From Actinomycetota bacterium (GTDB lineage: Bacteria > Actinomycetota > UBA4738 > HRBIN12): 64,000 nucleotides of DNA. The position numbers and the translations under genes are program-made. A model generated the notes under the pieces. It saw only the letters and a list, made by a program, of their open reading frames with translations, was not told where the DNA came from and did no database searches. Where the stretch lies: NCBI GenBank assembly GCA_036390995.1, contig DASWAT010000111.1:378-64377 (forward strand), in the 5' to 3' direction. Positions 1 to 9,765 of the stretch are shown in pieces; the first letter of the stretch is position 1; each line of letters opens with the position of its first letter.

Positions 1-1968
1 TCCCTCCACCGGCGGCCTCCCCAGACCTTCGACGTTCGTCGAGTACTCAGGGCCCCGCTGCGCGCGGATCCACTCGGAGATGCCCTGGATCTCCTTCTCG
101 GTCACCCATGCGGCCTGCAGGCGGGTGGGCTTGGAGGCGCTGGAGGGGGCGAACAGCATGTCGCCATGGCCCACGAGTTTCTCGGCGCCGTTCATGTCGA
201 GGATCACGCGCGAGTCGGCCTGGCTCGAGGTCATGAGCGCGATCCGGCTGGGGATGTTCGCCTTGATGAGCCCGGTGACCACGTCGACCGACGGCCGCTG
301 CGTGGCCACGACGAGGTGGATACCCACCGCGCGCGCCATCTGCGCGATGCGGACGATCGTGTCCTCCACGTCACGCGGAGCGACCATCATGAGGTCGGCG
401 AGCTCGTCGATCACGACGAGGATGTACGGGAGATCCGTGAAGCTCTCCTCCTGCCCCGGCGGGATGCGAAGCGTCCCAGCCACGAGCCCCTCGCGGTAGC
501 CGTCGATGTCGCGGACACCGACCATCGCCAGCAGTTCGTACCGGTTCTCCATCTCGCGGACCACCCAGCCGAGGGCCTCGGCGGCGCGCTTGGGGTGCAC
601 GATCACCGGCGAGAGCAGGTGCGGCAGGTCGGCGAAATGGGCCAGCTCCACGCGCTTGGGGTCGACGAGCACCAGCTTCACCTGATCGGGCGGGGTGCGC
701 ATGAGGATCGACGTGATGAACGAGTTGATCAGGCTGGACTTGCCGGCCCCCGTGGCTCCCGCGATGAGCAGGTGCGGCATCCTCGTGAGGTCCACCAGCT
801 GGGCCCGGCCGTGGACATCCTTGCCGAGCGCCACCGAGAGCGGATGGGGATCGTCCTTCGCGACCTTCGACCGCAGGATGTCGCCGAGCATCACGAAGTC
901 GCGGACCCGGTTCGGCACCTCGACACCGATGGCGGACCTGCCGGGGATCGGGGCGATGATGCGGACGTCGGGCGTGGCCAGTGCGTACGCGATGTCGTCG
1001 GCGAGCGACAGGACCTTGTTCACCTTCGTCCCCGCCTCCACCTCGACCTCGTACAGGGTCACCGTGGGGCCGCGGTGCGCCGCCGGCACCCGGGCGGCCA
1101 CGCCGAACGTCCGGAACGTGCGCTCGAGCGCCTCGACGGTGTGCTCCTCGTCCAGGTTCGTGCCGGAGGAGGCCGGCGCCACCCGCAGCAGGTCGAGCGG
1201 TGGGAGCTTGTAGACGCCGCTCCGGGGCGAGGGCGGCTCGACGTGCAGGACGGGCTCGAGCTCCGGTTCTGGTTCGGGCTCCCGCAGGTCGACCACGAGC
1301 GGCAGCTCGTCCTCGGTGTCCAGGCGCCCACGCTCGCGGCGCCGCTCCCGGCGGGACCTCGAAGCCGGCTCCTCCTCCTCGTCCTCCTCCTCCACGTTGG
1401 CCGCGGAGAAGAAGTCGTGGACCCGGATCCAGACCGCCGACAACGGTGTCCCGGTGAAGATCAGGAGGCCGAGCACGGCGAGCCCTCCGCACACGATGCC
1501 CGAGCCGACCTTGGACACCGCCTGGGCGAGCGGCCAGGCCGCGCCCGCTCCGATCACGCCGGCTGCGTCGGCGACCCGCTCGTAGCCGGCGAAGGGGCGG
1601 GGGTTCCCGCGCGCGAGCGACAGGAGCCCAAGGATCCCGACGAGCGCGATGGCGAACCCGATGAACATGCGGACCCGGTCCTCCTCCACGGTGCCGCGAA
1701 GCAGCAGCACGCCCCAGTACAGGGCGAGCACAGGGAAGGTCACCGCGGCGACGCCGACGGCGCCGTGCAGGAGCACCGTGATGCCCCGGCCGACGACGCC
1801 CGCCGCGTCGAACCACACCGCCAGCACGGCGATGAGCGAGAAGACGACCAGCCCGATGCCGACCGCGTCGCGAGCCCAGGGAGCGAGGTGTTGCCGGACG
1901 GGCGTCCGGGCGCGGGTGCGCGAGCGGCCGCGCCGTTTCGCGGCCGCGCGGCGCCTGCTCTTCCCCAT
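1..1968 (-). CDS. ftsK: DNA translocase FtsK/SpoIIIE, C-terminus runs off the window start
   Basis: The minus-strand frame reads MGKSRRRAAAKRRG... followed by N-terminal TM helices, and near the window start gives FtsK-type C-terminal motifs (RIALMTSSQADSRVILD, RVGIHLVVATQRPSVDV). The start ATG (1968..1966) overlaps the rnj stop. It is absent from the ORF track because there is no stop inside the window. Confidence 0.85.
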   Translation of the reverse strand, partial: MGKSRRRAAAKRRGRSRTRARTPVRQHLAPWARDAVGIGLVVFSLIAVLAVWFDAAGVVGRGITVLLHGAVGVAAVTFPVLALYWGVLLLRGTVEEDRVRMFIGFAIALVGILGLLSLARGNPRPFAGYERVADAAGVIGAGAAWPLAQAVSKVGSGIVCGGLAVLGLLIFTGTPLSAVWIRVHDFFSAANVEEEDEEEEPASRSRRERRRERGRLDTEDELPLVVDLREPEPEPELEPVLHVEPPSPRSGVYKLPPLDLLRVAPASSGTNLDEEHTVEALERTFRTFGVAARVPAAHRGPTVTLYEVEVEAGTKVNKVLSLADDIAYALATPDVRIIAPIPGRSAIGVEVPNRVRDFVMLGDILRSKVAKDDPHPLSVALGKDVHGRAQLVDLTRMPHLLIAGATGAGKSSLINSFITSILMRTPPDQVKLVLVDPKRVELAHFADLPHLLSPVIVHPKRAAEALGWVVREMENRYELLAMVGVRDIDGYREGLVAGTLRIPPGQEESFTDLPYILVVIDELADLMMVAPRDVEDTIVRIAQMARAVGIHLVVATQRPSVDVVTGLIKANIPSRIALMTSSQADSRVILDMNGAEKLVGHGDMLFAPSSASKPTRLQAAWVTEKEIQGISEWIRAQRGPEYSTNVEGLGRPPVEG

Positions 1969-3668
1969 CACACCTCCAAGATCACCGGCAGGATCACCGG
2001 CTTGCGCTGGGTCACCTCGTAGAAGTACCGACCCAGCGTCCGCCGGATGTTCTGCTCGAGGACGCCGCGATCGATCACCTCCGACGCGGCGCTCTCCTTC
2101 AGCGAAAGCATGACGCGTTCGCGCGCCTCTTCAAGGATGTCGCCTGCCAGATCGTCGAACACGAAGCCGCGGTTCACGATGTCGGGCCCGGCCACCACCT
2201 CGCCGTGATGCGCGTCGATGGCCACGACCACAACGACCACGCCCTCGCCGGAGAGCTTGCGGCGGTCCCGCAGGACCACCTCGCCCACATCGCCGATGCC
2301 GAGGCCGTCGACGAACGTCATCCCAGCCGGGACCCGACCCAGGATCCGGACCTGCTCCCCCACCTCGACCACGTCCCCGTCCTCGCACACGAGCACGTGG
2401 TCCGGCCGGATCCCCACCTCGGTGGCGAGCTTCGCGTGGTGCGCGAGGTGCCGGCGCTCACCGTGGACGGGGATGAACCAGCGGGGCCGGACGAGCGAGA
2501 GCATCAGCCGCAGCTCCTCCTGGGCGGCGTGCCCCGAGGCGTGCACGGGCGCCGCCGGTAGGTGGTAGACGTCGGCGCCCGTCCGATACAGGCCATCGAT
2601 CACCCGGTGGATCGCCGGCTCGTTGCCCGGGATCAGGCTGGACGAGAGCACCACCGTGTCGCTCGCGTCGAGCTTCACCCACTTGTGCTCGCGCGCCGCC
2701 ATGAGCGAGAGCGCGGACAGCGGTTCGCCCTGGCTGCCGGTGCAGATCACGACCACCCGAGAGGGGTCCATCTCCTCGACCTGCTCGATCAGGATGACGT
2801 CCTCGTCGGGGACGGTGAGGATCCCCAGGCGCCGTGCCGCATCCACGCTCTGGTGCATCGAGCGGCCCAGGAACGCCACGACGCGCTCGTTCGCGCGGGC
2901 CGCGTTCACGACCTGTTGGATCCGATGGATGTGGCTGGAGAAGCACGCGACCACCACGAGCGCCGGGGCCCGGGCCACGATGTCCTGCAGCACCGGGCCC
3001 ACGCTCCTCTCGCTCTTCGTGAACCCGGCCTCCTCGGCGTTCGTAGAGTCCGACAGGAGCAGGTGCACGCCGCGACCCGCCTCCTCGGCCAGCGCGTGGA
3101 GGTCCGTGGGCCGGCCGTCGAGCGGCGTCTGGTCGATCTTGAAGTCCCCCGTGTGCAAGATCGCGCCGAACGGCGTGTCGACGGCCACGGCCATGCCGTC
3201 GGGGATCGAGTGGGTGACGCGCATGAACCGCATCGAGAACGGCCCTGCCACGGCGGCCTCGCCGGGCACCACCTGGCGGAACTCGGCGCGGTCGCGGACG
3301 CCGTGCTCCTCGAGCTTGCCCTCGAGCAGGGCCAGGGTGAAGGGTGTCCCGTAGACCGGCAGGGCTCGCTCGAACTCGCGGAGCAGGTACGGCATGGCCC
3401 CGATGTGGTCCTCGTGCCCGTGGGTGAGCACGATCGCCTCGACACGGTCCCGTTGGTCACGGACGTACTCGAAGTCCGGTAGCACCAGGTCGATCCCCGG
3501 CATCTCGGCGTGCGGGAACGAGAGCCCCACGTCGAGGATCAGGAGTCGGTCGGCCAGCTCGATGCAGGCCATGTTCCGACCGACCTCGCCCACGCCGCCG
3601 AGGAAGACGACGCGCGCCGGCCCGTCCCCCGCGGCGGGCGGGGGGACCGGCTTACCGGAGGCCGGCAT
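1968..3668 (-). CDS. rnj: ribonuclease J (metallo-beta-lactamase / beta-CASP)
   Basis: 566-aa ORF with an HxHxDH metallo-beta-lactamase motif (LTHGHEDHIGA) and full-length similarity to the RNase J architecture. It lies downstream of dapA, as in mycobacteria. Confidence 0.9.
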   Translation of the reverse strand: MPASGKPVPPPAAGDGPARVVFLGGVGEVGRNMACIELADRLLILDVGLSFPHAEMPGIDLVLPDFEYVRDQRDRVEAIVLTHGHEDHIGAMPYLLREFERALPVYGTPFTLALLEGKLEEHGVRDRAEFRQVVPGEAAVAGPFSMRFMRVTHSIPDGMAVAVDTPFGAILHTGDFKIDQTPLDGRPTDLHALAEEAGRGVHLLLSDSTNAEEAGFTKSERSVGPVLQDIVARAPALVVVACFSSHIHRIQQVVNAARANERVVAFLGRSMHQSVDAARRLGILTVPDEDVILIEQVEEMDPSRVVVICTGSQGEPLSALSLMAAREHKWVKLDASDTVVLSSSLIPGNEPAIHRVIDGLYRTGADVYHLPAAPVHASGHAAQEELRLMLSLVRPRWFIPVHGERRHLAHHAKLATEVGIRPDHVLVCEDGDVVEVGEQVRILGRVPAGMTFVDGLGIGDVGEVVLRDRRKLSGEGVVVVVVAIDAHHGEVVAGPDIVNRGFVFDDLAGDILEEARERVMLSLKESAASEVIDRGVLEQNIRRTLGRYFYEVTQRKPVILPVILEV

Positions 3669-4536
3669 CCACGAGCGCCTTCTCGATCCGGGTCCGCTCC
3701 TCGGCGGTCGCCGGGACCAGCGGCAGGCGCGGCGGCCCCGCCGGCAAGCCGAGGATCTGCAGCGCGGTCTTCACGGGGATCGGGTTCGTGGTGATGAACA
3801 GCGTGTTGACGAGCGGCGTGAGCTCCTCGTGGACCTTCCGGGCCGCCGCGATGTCGCCCGAGGAGACGAGGTCGGTGAGCTGGTGCACGCGTTCCCCGAT
3901 GATGTTCGAAGCCACCGAGACCACGCCGACCGCCCCCAAGCACATGTAGCCGAAGGTGGCCCAGTCGTCGCCGGAGTAGACCTCGAAGTCGGCCGGCGCC
4001 TCGCTGATCAGCCGCGAGATGGCCTGGAAGTCGCCGGTCGAGTCCTTCACGCCGACGATGTTCGGGACCGTCGCCATCCGCAGGAGCGTGTCGTGCTCGA
4101 TCCGGGTGGCCGTCCGGCCCGGGATGTTGTAGGCCACGATCGGCAGGTCGACGGCGTTCGCCACGCGGGTGAAGTGCTCGAGCAGGCCTCGCTGGGGCGG
4201 CTTGTTGTAGTACGGCGTGACGAGCAGCAGCCCGTCGGCGCCGAGCCGCTCGGCCTCGCGGGAGAGCTCGATCGTCTCCACCGTGTTGTACGTGCCGGTG
4301 CCACACATCACCTTGCCGCCTCCGTCGGCGGCCTCGATCACGGCGCGGAACAGGTCCACCTTCTCGCGATGGCTGAGGGTGGGCGCCTCTCCGGTGGAAC
4401 CGGCGACGACCAGCGTGTCCGTGCCGTGCTCGAGCAGGTGGCGTGCGAGAAGCTGCGCGCCGTCCAGATCCAGCGTGTGATCGTCCCGGAACGGCGTGAC
4501 CATGGCGGTGGCGACCGCCCCGAACCTACCGGCCAT
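3652..4536 (-). CDS. dapA: 4-hydroxy-tetrahydrodipicolinate synthase
   Basis: The DapA N-terminus (MAGRFGAVATAMVTPF) and a TIM-barrel aldolase body are present. I chose the internal Met start at 4536, which is preceded by AAGGAGGAAG. It overlaps the rnj start by 17 nt. Confidence 0.85.
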   Translation of the reverse strand: MAGRFGAVATAMVTPFRDDHTLDLDGAQLLARHLLEHGTDTLVVAGSTGEAPTLSHREKVDLFRAVIEAADGGGKVMCGTGTYNTVETIELSREAERLGADGLLLVTPYYNKPPQRGLLEHFTRVANAVDLPIVAYNIPGRTATRIEHDTLLRMATVPNIVGVKDSTGDFQAISRLISEAPADFEVYSGDDWATFGYMCLGAVGVVSVASNIIGERVHQLTDLVSSGDIAAARKVHEELTPLVNTLFITTNPIPVKTALQILGLPAGPPRLPLVPATAEERTRIEKALVDAGLR

Positions 4537-4804
4537 GCTTCCTCCTTGCGTGCCGGGTGCGGCGGGAAACGGTAGCCCCCACACGTCGGGCCGGGCGGTC
4601 GGGCCCCGCTCAGGCGTCCTGGCTTGCACCGGCCGCCCTGCCCCACGCTTGGCCTCGGAATCTACCACCGTTCCACGCGTCGCACAAGAGTCACACGAGT
4701 CACATGTTGCACGTGGCGTTCGGGTTGCTCCAGCACCTCCTGTGGTCCATGTGCCCAGAGAGAGGTCGGACGGCGGGCGTCGACCTCCCGGCTATCCTAG
4801 CGAG

Positions 4805-5356
4805 ATGGCGCGGATCTACACGAAGACCGGCGACGACGGAACCACCGGCCTGCTGTACGGGGGGCGGATCTCGAAGGCGAACCCCGCGGCCGAGGCGTAC
4901 GGGACCACCGACGAGGCGGTCGCCGCGCTCGGCGTAGCCCGGGCGCTCGCGCAGGATGCCGAGCTGCGTGAGGAGCTCCTCGGCCTGCAGCGCTCGCTGT
5001 TCGTCGTCGGGGCCGATCTGGCGACGAACCCGAAGGAGCGCTCCAAGCTGGAGCCGGGCGTCTCGCTCGCGACCGCGGAGATGGTGAACAGGCTCGAGCG
5101 GCGGATCGACCAGGTCGTGGCCGAGCACCCGCTCCCGAACGCCTTCGTCGTGCCAGGCGCGAACCCGGTCTCGGCAGCGCTCGACGTTGCGCGCAGCATC
5201 GTGCGCCGCGCCGAGCGCCGCGTGGTCGAGCTCCACGACGCCGGCGCCGAGGTGAACACCGAGGTCCTGCGGTACATGAACCGCCTGTCGGATCTGTTGT
5301 TCGTGATGGCGAGGTGGCAGGCGGGCGGATCCGAGTCGGCCAGCAGGGCGGAGTAG
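4805..5356 (+). CDS. PduO-type ATP:cob(I)alamin adenosyltransferase
   Basis: Starts MARIYTKTGDDGTTGL, the hallmark N-terminus of PduO/MMAB-type adenosyltransferases, and is about 184 aa. The upstream in-frame extension in the track ORF is Arg/Pro-rich and is likely non-coding. Confidence 0.8.
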   Translation: MARIYTKTGDDGTTGLLYGGRISKANPAAEAYGTTDEAVAALGVARALAQDAELREELLGLQRSLFVVGADLATNPKERSKLEPGVSLATAEMVNRLERRIDQVVAEHPLPNAFVVPGANPVSAALDVARSIVRRAERRVVELHDAGAEVNTEVLRYMNRLSDLLFVMARWQAGGSESASRAE

Positions 5357-5362
5357 CCCCCG

Positions 5363-5812
5363 CTACTGGCGGACGAAGGCCCCGTAGTTGTCGGGGCCGA
5401 TCATGAGGACCACCAGGCCGATGTTCTTGTCCTCGAGCCCGCTGAAGGACACGTGGAAGGTCCCCGTCTGGCCGTCGGGGACCGGCCCCGGCGCGTCCAC
5501 CGTGCCGTCGATGCGCTTGCCGTCGCGCGCGTCGAGGATGTAGAAGCCGGGCGGCGAGAGCTCGCGCCCGGTGGCGTTCTGGATCGTGAGCGTGCCCTTG
5601 TCGCCCTCGAGCTGGAGCGTGGCCGAAAGACCGGCGTTCGCGTAGTGGTAGATGATCGCGCCGGGCGGCCCCGTAACCGTCGCCACGGGACTCTGGCTCG
5701 ACGTGGCCGGAGGCGTCGACGAGGCATCGCCTCCGGTCCCCGAGCTCGTGCACGCTGCAGCGGCGAGCGATACGACGAACAAGACCGTGGCGGCCCGAAG
5801 GGTAGGCTTCAT
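5363..5812 (-). CDS. small lipoprotein, hypothetical
   Basis: MKPTLRAATVLFVVSLAAAAC is a signal peptide with a lipobox Cys. The rest is about 149 aa and Ser/Thr/Gly-rich, with no recognisable domain. Confidence 0.6.
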   Translation of the reverse strand: MKPTLRAATVLFVVSLAAAACTSSGTGGDASSTPPATSSQSPVATVTGPPGAIIYHYANAGLSATLQLEGDKGTLTIQNATGRELSPPGFYILDARDGKRIDGTVDAPGPVPDGQTGTFHVSFSGLEDKNIGLVVLMIGPDNYGAFVRQ

Positions 5813-5859
5813 GCGGTGGGGCATCATACGAGAAGGCCCCCCGGAAGGACCTTCCGCAG

Positions 5860-6309
5860 GTGAGAGCGCTCGAGATCCGCCGACACGCGAAGCGGCAGCC
5901 CGACGTGGATCGCCTCTCCGCGCGGGGCCGGGCCCAGGCCCAGGAGGTCGGGCGGACGCTGGCGGGCGGCTACGCCGTCGTGTACGTCTCGCCGGCGGAG
6001 CGGGCGGCCGAGACCGTGGCGTGGTTCCTCCGTGGGCTCGGAGAGCAGCTCCCACCCCAGGGCGTGGTCCCCGGGCTCGCCGGCCGGGGCACCGACGACT
6101 CCCCCCGGGAGCTCGGAGCCGTGCTCCGGGACCTCCTGCACCGCGTCCCCGAAGGTGAGCGTGGTCTGGCCGTCGGCCACACACCGCTGATCGAGAAGGC
6201 CGTCCTCGGCCTGACCGGTCGCGAGATCGCACCGCTCGCCGAGTGCGAGGGCGTCCTCCTCTCCGAAGAAGACGCCCACCTGGTCATCGAGGAGCTGCGG
6301 CTTCCCTGA
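5860..6309 (+). CDS. histidine phosphatase family protein (SixA-like)
   Basis: RHAKRQ near the N-terminus (RHG-type catalytic His motif) and a later GHTP match the phosphohistidine phosphatase / PGAM-like fold. Length is 149 aa. Confidence 0.65.
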   Translation: MRALEIRRHAKRQPDVDRLSARGRAQAQEVGRTLAGGYAVVYVSPAERAAETVAWFLRGLGEQLPPQGVVPGLAGRGTDDSPRELGAVLRDLLHRVPEGERGLAVGHTPLIEKAVLGLTGREIAPLAECEGVLLSEEDAHLVIEELRLP

Positions 6310-6310
6310 C

Positions 6311-6928
6311 GTGAGCCTCGACCTGTCGCACCCGGCGGCCGCGCTCGGCCTGGGGATCGCGCTCGGCGCCTCCCCCGGCCCGGTGCAACTGCTGCTGTTC
6401 TCGGAGGCCTCCCGCGGGGGGATCGGCCGGGGGTTACGGGCGATGGCCGGCGCGAACACGACGTTCGGCGCGATGCTCGTCCTTCTCGCGGGGGGGATGG
6501 CGTCGGCGGAGCCGGGCGACGCCTTCCTGCGCGTCGTTCGGCTGGTCGGAGGCGCGTTCCTGGTGTGGCTGGCCATCGACGCGTTCCGCGAGAACCGGCG
6601 CCCGTCCGCCACCGACGGCGCGGCTCGAGGCCGGCATCCCTCGATCCGGGGCGTGGTCGCCGTGGTGCTGAACCCCGGTGTGTACGTGTTCCTGGCCACC
6701 ACGGGAGCCGCCGTCGCCGCCGATGCCGCGCGCGATGGCGGGCGCGGCCTGGCCCTGCTGACCGTGGCGGCGTTGCTCCTGGGCGTCTCCACGATGGACA
6801 CGGGCATGGTGCTGCTGGGCAGCGGCGCCCACCGCGTGAGCGATCGGGGGCTGAGGATCCTCAGCGACGTGCTCGCCGTAGGTCTCGGCGCGCTGGGGGT
6901 CTGGCTCGTCGTCCAGGGCCTGGCCTGA
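6311..6928 (+). CDS. LysE/RhtB family amino-acid exporter
   Basis: 205-aa polytopic membrane protein with a LysE-type N-terminus (LGIALGASPGPVQLLLF). It starts 1 nt after the preceding gene. Confidence 0.7.
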   Translation: MSLDLSHPAAALGLGIALGASPGPVQLLLFSEASRGGIGRGLRAMAGANTTFGAMLVLLAGGMASAEPGDAFLRVVRLVGGAFLVWLAIDAFRENRRPSATDGAARGRHPSIRGVVAVVLNPGVYVFLATTGAAVAADAARDGGRGLALLTVAALLLGVSTMDTGMVLLGSGAHRVSDRGLRILSDVLAVGLGALGVWLVVQGLA

Positions 6929-6954
6929 GCGCCGCCGACCGGTCCCGGCTCCGC

Positions 6955-8166
6955 TCAGAAGATGAACGAGCACCACGGCGCCGGGTCCCAGCCGAACATC
7001 GCGTCGGCGCGAGCCAGGGCGCCGGTGCGGACCTCGTCCACCCGACCGGCCCGGGAGAGCTGCCGGAACCCCATCCCGCCCAGGTAGCACGCCCCGAGCT
7101 CGTTCACGGTCAGGGCCAGGTCGGGCTCGGCGTCGGTGCGGCGGCAGGCCGCGCCGTCGGGCCCGCCCTCGACCTCGTACCGACCCTCGTTCCACGGACA
7201 GAACGGATCGGCCACCTCGAGCACGAGGCGCCCCGTCGCGGCGTACCGCCTGGCCTCGAGCGCCCCAGGCACGTCCACGAGCCGGACCCACAGGCCGTCG
7301 CCGAGGCGCAGCCGGAGGCGGTCGGGTTCGCGGAGCAGGTGCAGCAACGGCTCGTCGAGCGGGCGGTTCCAGGACGTGATCCGGTCCATGAGGTCGACGT
7401 CGAACAGGTACCGCCACAGCTCCGCGTACGCCTGCGGCGTCAGGGCCTGGAGGTCCTCCACCTCCAGGACGTTGCGCCGTTCCTCGTGCCAGTCGTGCTT
7501 CACGTGGTAGACGGCGTAGCCGTCGATCTCGTCTTCCGACCCGTGAACAGCGAAGAAGAGCTTCCGGTCCTCACCGTGGTGCATCTCATCGAACCGGTAG
7601 GCGAACCACGCGGGGGCGAGATCGACCATGCCGGGACGCTCCCTGCGCGCACGATCGTAGATGGGCCGGAACCGCTCCAAGGCCGTTCCCCGGTCCAGCA
7701 GGCGGACCCGCCCCGAGGGCCGGTACTCGCGGACGTACGCCGTCCGCTCCCGCTCGATGTCGATCAAGCACCGGTACGAGGCCATCGCGTACCCGAAGCG
7801 CCCGTAGATCGCTCCCTCCGACGCGTACAGGGCCGCCACCGGCTCGCCGGCCGCGTGCACGTCGTCGAGCTGCCGGCGCATGAGTGCCGAGTTGATCCCG
7901 CGCCGGCGGTGCGTCGGCTTCACCCCCACCCCCGTGACGCCGGCCGTCCGGGTCTCCCCGCCGGGGACGGTCATCGTGAACGAGACGGCGGCTGCGCCCC
8001 CGACCATCTCGCCGCCGTCGAAGGCTGCGAGGCATCGGTCGACCTCGGCCACCGCTCGTTCGCGCTCGACCTCCGCGGGGCGCAGATGCGAACCGAACGC
8101 CGTCTCCAGCGTGCGGCAGTACGTCTCGAACTCGGCGGGCGCGATCGATCGGATCTGCAGGTCCAT
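6955..8166 (-). CDS. GNAT N-acetyltransferase, Eis-like (GNAT plus SCP2-like C-terminal domain)
   Basis: About 400 aa with a GNAT acetyl-CoA motif (RRRGINSALMRRQLDD) and the long C-terminal extension typical of the Eis / UPF0256 family. Confidence 0.65.
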   Translation of the reverse strand: MDLQIRSIAPAEFETYCRTLETAFGSHLRPAEVERERAVAEVDRCLAAFDGGEMVGGAAAVSFTMTVPGGETRTAGVTGVGVKPTHRRRGINSALMRRQLDDVHAAGEPVAALYASEGAIYGRFGYAMASYRCLIDIERERTAYVREYRPSGRVRLLDRGTALERFRPIYDRARRERPGMVDLAPAWFAYRFDEMHHGEDRKLFFAVHGSEDEIDGYAVYHVKHDWHEERRNVLEVEDLQALTPQAYAELWRYLFDVDLMDRITSWNRPLDEPLLHLLREPDRLRLRLGDGLWVRLVDVPGALEARRYAATGRLVLEVADPFCPWNEGRYEVEGGPDGAACRRTDAEPDLALTVNELGACYLGGMGFRQLSRAGRVDEVRTGALARADAMFGWDPAPWCSFIF

Positions 8167-8179
8167 GCGCCCCGCAAGC

Positions 8180-8962
8180 CTACGCGCCGGGCAGCTCCTC
8201 GAACACGTCGGACAGGATCGCTTGCCCGAGGGGTCGCTCGGGCCAACCCTGCACGAAGTCCTCCCAGCCCAGCACCTCGAGCCACGCCTCGAACGGCACG
8301 TCGTGCATCTCGGCCTGCGTCCGGTGCTGCGCGAGCGCCTCGCGCTTGCGATCGAAGACCGATCGGCAGTCCACCGAGACCGCGATCCGGTCGTCAGGAA
8401 CCGGCCGCGGCGTGAAGGGCTGGGTGGGGTCGAGCGGCTCCATCCCCCGCTCGCGGAGCAGCTCGTTCCACCGGTCGAACCGCGATCGGGGGATCCCGAC
8501 GTGCAGGAGGCGCCGCAGACCTCGGTCCTGCCTGCGCTCGCGGAGCCGGTGGAAGGCGACGGTGGCGGCCCGGCCCACGGCGACGTGGTCCCCGTGACCG
8601 GTCACGCCGTCGGGCCCGAACGTGACCACGACGTCGGGGCGGGCGCGTTCCAGCCGCTGCTCGATGGCCGCGACGAGCTCCTCGTGGGCAACGGCGACCA
8701 CCCCACCGTCCGGGTACCCGAGGAAGTCCACGGCCGTCTCCACACCGACGGCCATCCACGAGGCGCGATCCTCGGCCTCCCGGACCGCGCCCAGGGTCTC
8801 CCGGGTGGCCAGGCTCGGATCGGCGATCTGTCCCGCTTCGCCGCGCGTGGCCAGGACCACGGTGACCTCGATGCCCTCGGAGGCGTGCAGCGCAACCGTC
8901 CCGGCCACGCCGTACGTGTCGTCGTCGGGATGGGCGAACACGGCGGCCAGCCGGCGGGTCAC
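8180..8962 (-). CDS. PIG-L/LmbE family deacetylase (MshB/Mca-like)
   Basis: AHPDDDTYG and HGDH zinc-binding motifs are both present. The GTG start overlaps the dapB stop in a GTGA arrangement. Confidence 0.75.
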   Translation of the reverse strand: MTRRLAAVFAHPDDDTYGVAGTVALHASEGIEVTVVLATRGEAGQIADPSLATRETLGAVREAEDRASWMAVGVETAVDFLGYPDGGVVAVAHEELVAAIEQRLERARPDVVVTFGPDGVTGHGDHVAVGRAATVAFHRLRERRQDRGLRRLLHVGIPRSRFDRWNELLRERGMEPLDPTQPFTPRPVPDDRIAVSVDCRSVFDRKREALAQHRTQAEMHDVPFEAWLEVLGWEDFVQGWPERPLGQAILSDVFEELPGA

Positions 8963-9765
8963 GTCGCCGGCGGCAGATCGAGGAGCGGCTCGAGCCCGAT
9001 CGTGAGGCCGGGCCGGGTGGCCGCAGCCCGGACCGCCAGCAGGACGCCGGGCATGAACGAGGTCCGGTCGGTGGAGTCGTGGCGGATCGTGAGGGTCTGC
9101 CCCTGTCCGCCGAAGATGACCTCATGATGCGCGACGAGCCCGGGCAGGCGAACCGAATGGACCCGGATGCCCGCCACGTCGCCGCCCCGGACCCCGCGGA
9201 TGCTCTCCGCCGCCGGCCCCTGGTACGTGCCGGCGCGCTCGCGGGCTACGCGTTCGGCCATCACGAGCGCGGTGCCGGAGGGAGCGTCGGCCTTGCCGTC
9301 GTGGTGGAGCTCGACGATCTCGACGGCCGGGAACACCCTCGCGGCCATGGCGGCGAACCGCTGCATCAGCACGGCCCCGAGGGCGAAGTTCGAGACCGCG
9401 ATGACGTTGGACTCCCCCCCCTCCTCCTCGATCATCCGGCGAACGTCGTCCAGGTCCTTCTCAGCGATGCCGCTGGTCCCCACGACGAGGTTCACGGCGT
9501 GCGAGACGCACCACTGGATCGTGTCCATGACGACGTCGGGGTGCGTGAAGTCCACGGCCACCTCGACCTCGGCCTCCAGGAGACGGTCGAGCTCGTCCGA
9601 GATCGGCACGTCGAGCTCGGGGTGGCCGATCAGCGGGCCGATCTGCTGGCCGACCCGCGAGCGGTCGATCGCCGCGGCGAGCGCGAGGTCGCCGGCCTCG
9701 GCCACTGCGCGGCACACCAGCTGCCCCATCCGGCCGCTGGCACCGATCACGCCGACGCGGATCAC
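8959..9765 (-). CDS. dapB: 4-hydroxy-tetrahydrodipicolinate reductase
   Basis: VIRVGVIGASGRMGQ is a Rossmann-fold DapB N-terminus, and EIVELHHDGKADAPSGTA is the catalytic region. The GTG start is preceded by AGGAAGG and overlaps the stop of the upstream peptidase (GTGA). Confidence 0.85.
   Translation of the reverse strand: MIRVGVIGASGRMGQLVCRAVAEAGDLALAAAIDRSRVGQQIGPLIGHPELDVPISDELDRLLEAEVEVAVDFTHPDVVMDTIQWCVSHAVNLVVGTSGIAEKDLDDVRRMIEEEGGESNVIAVSNFALGAVLMQRFAAMAARVFPAVEIVELHHDGKADAPSGTALVMAERVARERAGTYQGPAAESIRGVRGGDVAGIRVHSVRLPGLVAHHEVIFGGQGQTLTIRHDSTDRTSFMPGVLLAVRAAATRPGLTIGLEPLLDLPPAT

Noticed and set aside
166-2022. 618-aa plus-strand ORF and many other 100-1000-aa ORFs rich in Arg/Gly/Pro/Asp (e.g. 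371..1816-, 16095..19277+, 6565..8415+, 11126..13606+, 35111..36982- N-terminal part, 27941..29713- N-terminal part)
   Set aside because: These are open frames that arise in about 70% GC DNA opposite or out of frame to real genes. They have extreme Arg/Pro/Gly content, no recognisable motifs, and they overlap genes with clear conserved motifs. Where a real protein sits at one end (DapB, Dxr, TruB, YjbQ and others), only that part was annotated.
4537-4804. Cobalamin riboswitch upstream of the PduO-type adenosyltransferase
   Set aside because: The region contains a GGGAAACGG-like element, but I could not find the B12-box core (GCCACUG) or the conserved paired elements on either strand. It is flagged only as an unexplained intergenic region.
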